Shown here: positions 61,366 through 64,000 of the stretch, one piece after another
How the letters are laid out: the number at the start of each line of letters is the position of its first letter
Position numbering within the stretch: position 1 is the stretch's first letter
Assembly: GCA_001769295.1 (NCBI GenBank)
Contig: MEOR01000081.1
Location: forward strand, 40,633-104,632
Reading direction: 5' to 3'
DNA from: Bacteroidetes bacterium GWF2_49_14
Lineage (GTDB): Bacteria; Bacteroidota; Bacteroidia; Bacteroidales; UBA12481
Length of the DNA: 64,000 nt
Notes under the pieces: model-generated
What the model saw: only the letters and a program-made list of their open reading frames with translations
Told to the model about the DNA's origin: nothing
Databases searched by the model: none
Program-made: the position numbers and the translations under genes

Positions 61366-62388
61366 ATGAGGCAAGCCATTATGATTAAGCCTGGAGTGAT
61401 TGAGTACCGGGAAATTCCGGAACCCGCTCCGCTTCTGGAAAAAGAGATACTCCTTCGCATTAAGAAGATCGGGGTTTGCGGTTCGGATATCCATGTATTT
61501 CATGGAAAACATCCTGCAACGCCTTATCCGGTGGTTCAGGGGCACGAATATTCAGGGGTGGTAGAGGCGGTCGGTTCCGGTGTATCCCGTGTAAAGCCCG
61601 GGATGAAGGCAACCGCCCGTCCACAGCTGGTTTGCGGTACATGCGGCCCCTGCAAAAGAGGCCAGTACAATGCCTGCCAGGAACTAAAAGTCCAGGGATT
61701 CCAGGCTCCGGGCGTGGCCCAGGACCTTTTTGTGGTTACTGAGGACCGTATTGTCCCCTTTGATGATTCCATGACCTTTGAGCAGGGCGCCATGATTGAG
61801 CCGGCGGCTGTCGGAGCTCATTCGACAAACCGGTCAGGAAGCCTGTTGAGGAAAAATGTGGTGGTTTCGGGTGCCGGAACGATCGGTAACCTGGTGGCTC
61901 AGTTTGCGCGGGCCCGGGGAGCAAAAAAAGTGCTGATCACCGATGTCAGTGATTTTCGACTGGGTATTGCACGTCAGTGCGGAATAGAGCTGACGGCCAA
62001 TGTAGCGACCAATTCTTTTGCCGATGCCGTGAAGAGAGCTTTTGGTGATGAAGGTTTTCAGACCGGTTTTGAGGCAGCCGGAGTGCAGGAATCCCTGGAT
62101 GTTCTGATGCAGTATGTGGAGAAGGGCGGTGATGTGGTGGTTCTTGGGGTTTATTCAAAAAACCCGGTAGTTAACATGTATTACCTGGGTGAGCATGAAC
62201 TGAATGTTTACGGTTCCATGATGTACCGGCAGGAAGACTATGAGACTGCCGCTGCCATGATCGCATCCGGGAAGATTGTTACCCAGCCTCTGTTAACGCG
62301 AAATTTTCCGTTTTCGCAATATATAGACGCCTATGAATTCATTGATAAACAAGGAGATCGAACCATGAAGGTTATGATCGATTTATAA
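61366..62388 (+). CDS. Zinc-dependent medium-chain dehydrogenase (sorbitol / threonine dehydrogenase-like)
   Basis: 340 aa. GVCGSDIHVFHGKHP, GHEYSGVV, structural-zinc CGTCGPCKRGQYNAC, and GAGTIGNL NAD motif. Confidence 0.8.
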   Translation: MRQAIMIKPGVIEYREIPEPAPLLEKEILLRIKKIGVCGSDIHVFHGKHPATPYPVVQGHEYSGVVEAVGSGVSRVKPGMKATARPQLVCGTCGPCKRGQYNACQELKVQGFQAPGVAQDLFVVTEDRIVPFDDSMTFEQGAMIEPAAVGAHSTNRSGSLLRKNVVVSGAGTIGNLVAQFARARGAKKVLITDVSDFRLGIARQCGIELTANVATNSFADAVKRAFGDEGFQTGFEAAGVQESLDVLMQYVEKGGDVVVLGVYSKNPVVNMYYLGEHELNVYGSMMYRQEDYETAAAMIASGKIVTQPLLTRNFPFSQYIDAYEFIDKQGDRTMKVMIDL

Positions 62389-62404
62389 ACGTAATAACAA
62401 TCAG

Positions 62405-63571
62405 ATGAAGAATTTTACTTACCATCAGTCGACGAAAATACTTTTTGGCCGTGGCCGGGTTAATGAGTTGGCTGAGGTTGTTTCTCAATATGGAAAAAGG
62501 GTGCTTCTGGTTACCACCCCGGCAGCTTCTCCTTCGCTGGAAGATCAATACAAAAGTATTAAGGAGATACTGACTTCAGCAGGTATCGTTGTAGTGCATT
62601 TCGATGGGGTCATGCCCAATCCTACCACGGCAATAATTTCAGCCGGAGCCGTGATGGCCAGGGAAACGGATGTTCAAGTCATCATTGGTCTTGGCGGGGG
62701 ATCGAGTATGGATGCGGCAAAGGCAATTTCCGTTGAAGCTACCCATCCGGGGACCAGCTGGGACTATCTGTTTTATAAATCGCCACAGCCCGACGCTTCG
62801 AAACTGCTTCCTGTAATTGCCGTTTCCACCACATCCGGAACCGGTTCGCAGGTGACCCAGGTTGCCGTGATTACCAATGCCGAACATCGGGATAAGTCTG
62901 CACTTTATAATAACATACTCTATCCCCAGGTTTGTATTGTTGATCCGGAATTGATGATAAGTGTCCCTGAGTTCGTGACGGCCACCACGGGTTTTGATGT
63001 TCTTTGCCATGCCTTCGAAAGTACCATCAATTCGGGCACCGGGGCCTATGTTGACCTATTGGCCTGGGAAGCCATATCTCTGGTAGCCGGGTATCTGCCA
63101 AAAGTTCTGCGTAACCTGGGGGACCTTGAAGCACGGGAAAAGATGGCCTGGGCTGATACACTGGCGGGCTTGTGCATTGCCAACGCCGGCGTAACCCTGC
63201 CGCACGGAATGGGAATGGCTGTTGGGGGCATGTACCCGCATGTGGCTCATGGTGAGGCTCTTGCAATTTTATATCCTGCGTTTGCCGACTTTACCTGGGA
63301 AGCGGCGGTTCCGCAATTCTCAAAAATCTCGCGGATATTAAATCCTTCCTTAGTCGGAGTTTCGGATCAGGAAGCTGCATCGAAAAGTCCAGATGAGATT
63401 GTTAAGTTCTTGAAATTGATCGGATTGAATAAAAAGCTCAGAGATGTTAACATGCCTGAAGCCGAGATTGAGGCTTTGGCAAAGCAGTGCATGGTTTTGC
63501 CCGATTACAAGGGAAATCCGAGGGTGGCAACATTTGAGGAGATGGTTCAGCTAGTGAGGTTATCCTTTTAA
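62405..63571 (+). CDS. Iron-containing (group III) alcohol dehydrogenase
   Basis: 388 aa. GLGGGSSMDAAKA, TTSGTGSQVT, and His-rich metal site (FDVLCHAFES...LPHGMGMAVGG...HGEALA). Confidence 0.85.
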   Translation: MKNFTYHQSTKILFGRGRVNELAEVVSQYGKRVLLVTTPAASPSLEDQYKSIKEILTSAGIVVVHFDGVMPNPTTAIISAGAVMARETDVQVIIGLGGGSSMDAAKAISVEATHPGTSWDYLFYKSPQPDASKLLPVIAVSTTSGTGSQVTQVAVITNAEHRDKSALYNNILYPQVCIVDPELMISVPEFVTATTGFDVLCHAFESTINSGTGAYVDLLAWEAISLVAGYLPKVLRNLGDLEAREKMAWADTLAGLCIANAGVTLPHGMGMAVGGMYPHVAHGEALAILYPAFADFTWEAAVPQFSKISRILNPSLVGVSDQEAASKSPDEIVKFLKLIGLNKKLRDVNMPEAEIEALAKQCMVLPDYKGNPRVATFEEMVQLVRLSF

Positions 63572-63615
63572 TGCTGATAATAGTTCCTGCAATGGGCATG
63601 ATAGGGTACTATGAC

Positions 63616-64000
63616 ATGAAAAAGATTTTTCTAATCCTTCTTGCTATGCCAATTTTTTCCGTTGCATTATCGGCTCAGGATCCCAAAGTCCTGTTTTGGT
63701 GGAGTTTCGATGATTCGGCGAAATCGGCGGGTAAGGAAATAACGTTGGCTGGTCCGCATGGCAGCTACCAAACCGGCGGATTAACGAAATACGTTCCCGG
63801 TGTCAAAGGCCGGGCCATCAAGTTTGACGGGTTCTCATCCTATATCGATGTTTTGCCGGGAGAGCTTAAGGACGGCAGCAAAGATGCTGAACTGTTAAAT
63901 CTTCCGCGTAAAATGAGCATCGAGGCCTGGGTTTCACTTGGGGCCTATCCGTGGAACTGGGCGCCGATCCTGACCATGGGAAAATACAAGATCACCGGGT
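63616..64000 (+). CDS. Secreted LamG/concanavalin-A-like domain protein (N-terminal fragment; continues beyond the window)
   Basis: Not in the ORF track (open at the window end). ATG 63616: MKKIFLILLAMPIFSVALSAQDPKVLFWWSFDD...YVPGVKGRAIKFDGFSSYIDV...MSIEAWVSLGAYPWNWAPIL. This is the typical LamG-type 'F-D-G ... E-A-W-V' pattern. Confidence 0.5.
   Translation, partial: MKKIFLILLAMPIFSVALSAQDPKVLFWWSFDDSAKSAGKEITLAGPHGSYQTGGLTKYVPGVKGRAIKFDGFSSYIDVLPGELKDGSKDAELLNLPRKMSIEAWVSLGAYPWNWAPILTMGKYKITG

Noticed and set aside
1-64000. Search for CRISPR arrays, tRNA/rRNA genes, IS elements, integrases, and toxin-antitoxin or restriction-modification genes
   Set aside because: I saw no regularly spaced direct repeats, no cloverleaf-like or rRNA-like sequences, and no transposase, integrase, TA or R-M-like ORFs. 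The 34-42 kb block has no visible mobility genes or flanking direct repeats, so I do not call it a mobile element.

Overview
The window looks like a Bacteroidota chromosomal segment. This is my inference from a SusC/SusD pair, TonB-dependent receptors, porin-family OMPs and TTTG / TAnnTTTG-type promoter boxes. It is densely coding, with about 55 CDS. Most are housekeeping or amino-acid/peptide catabolism genes: iorAB, C69, M19 and M24B peptidases, a hydroxyproline dehydratase, threonine aldolase, kdsA, rarA, queA, ygiQ, mgsA, alkaline phosphatase, rubrerythrin and mntH. One RNA gene is clear: RNase P RNA at about 33531..33888. I saw no tRNA, rRNA, CRISPR array, transposase or integrase. The stand-out region is an ~8.8 kb block between rnpB and kdsA (about 33.9-42.7 kb). 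It encodes an ECF-type sigma factor translationally coupled to a repeat-bearing anti-sigma-like membrane protein. Next come an exported TPR-CHAT (caspase-like) protease, then a 43-aa double-glycine-leader peptide too short for the supplied ORF track. A C39-peptidase ABC exporter and an unusually short HlyD-like protein follow. The sigma operon and the peptide operon are preceded by the same sequence block. I propose, as inference only, a peptide-triggered, protease-controlled sigma-factor circuit. Secondary observations: a serine-dehydratase-like protein lacking the Fe-S cysteines; a Cys/Thr proline-racemase-family enzyme in an operon with a prolidase and a BNR-repeat protein; a MerR/B12-like + ECF sigma + LTXXQ cluster; and a SusC/D locus followed by a Na+ symporter and two dehydrogenases. 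All coordinates and translations were read by eye from the sequence and the supplied ORF track; no searches were run.
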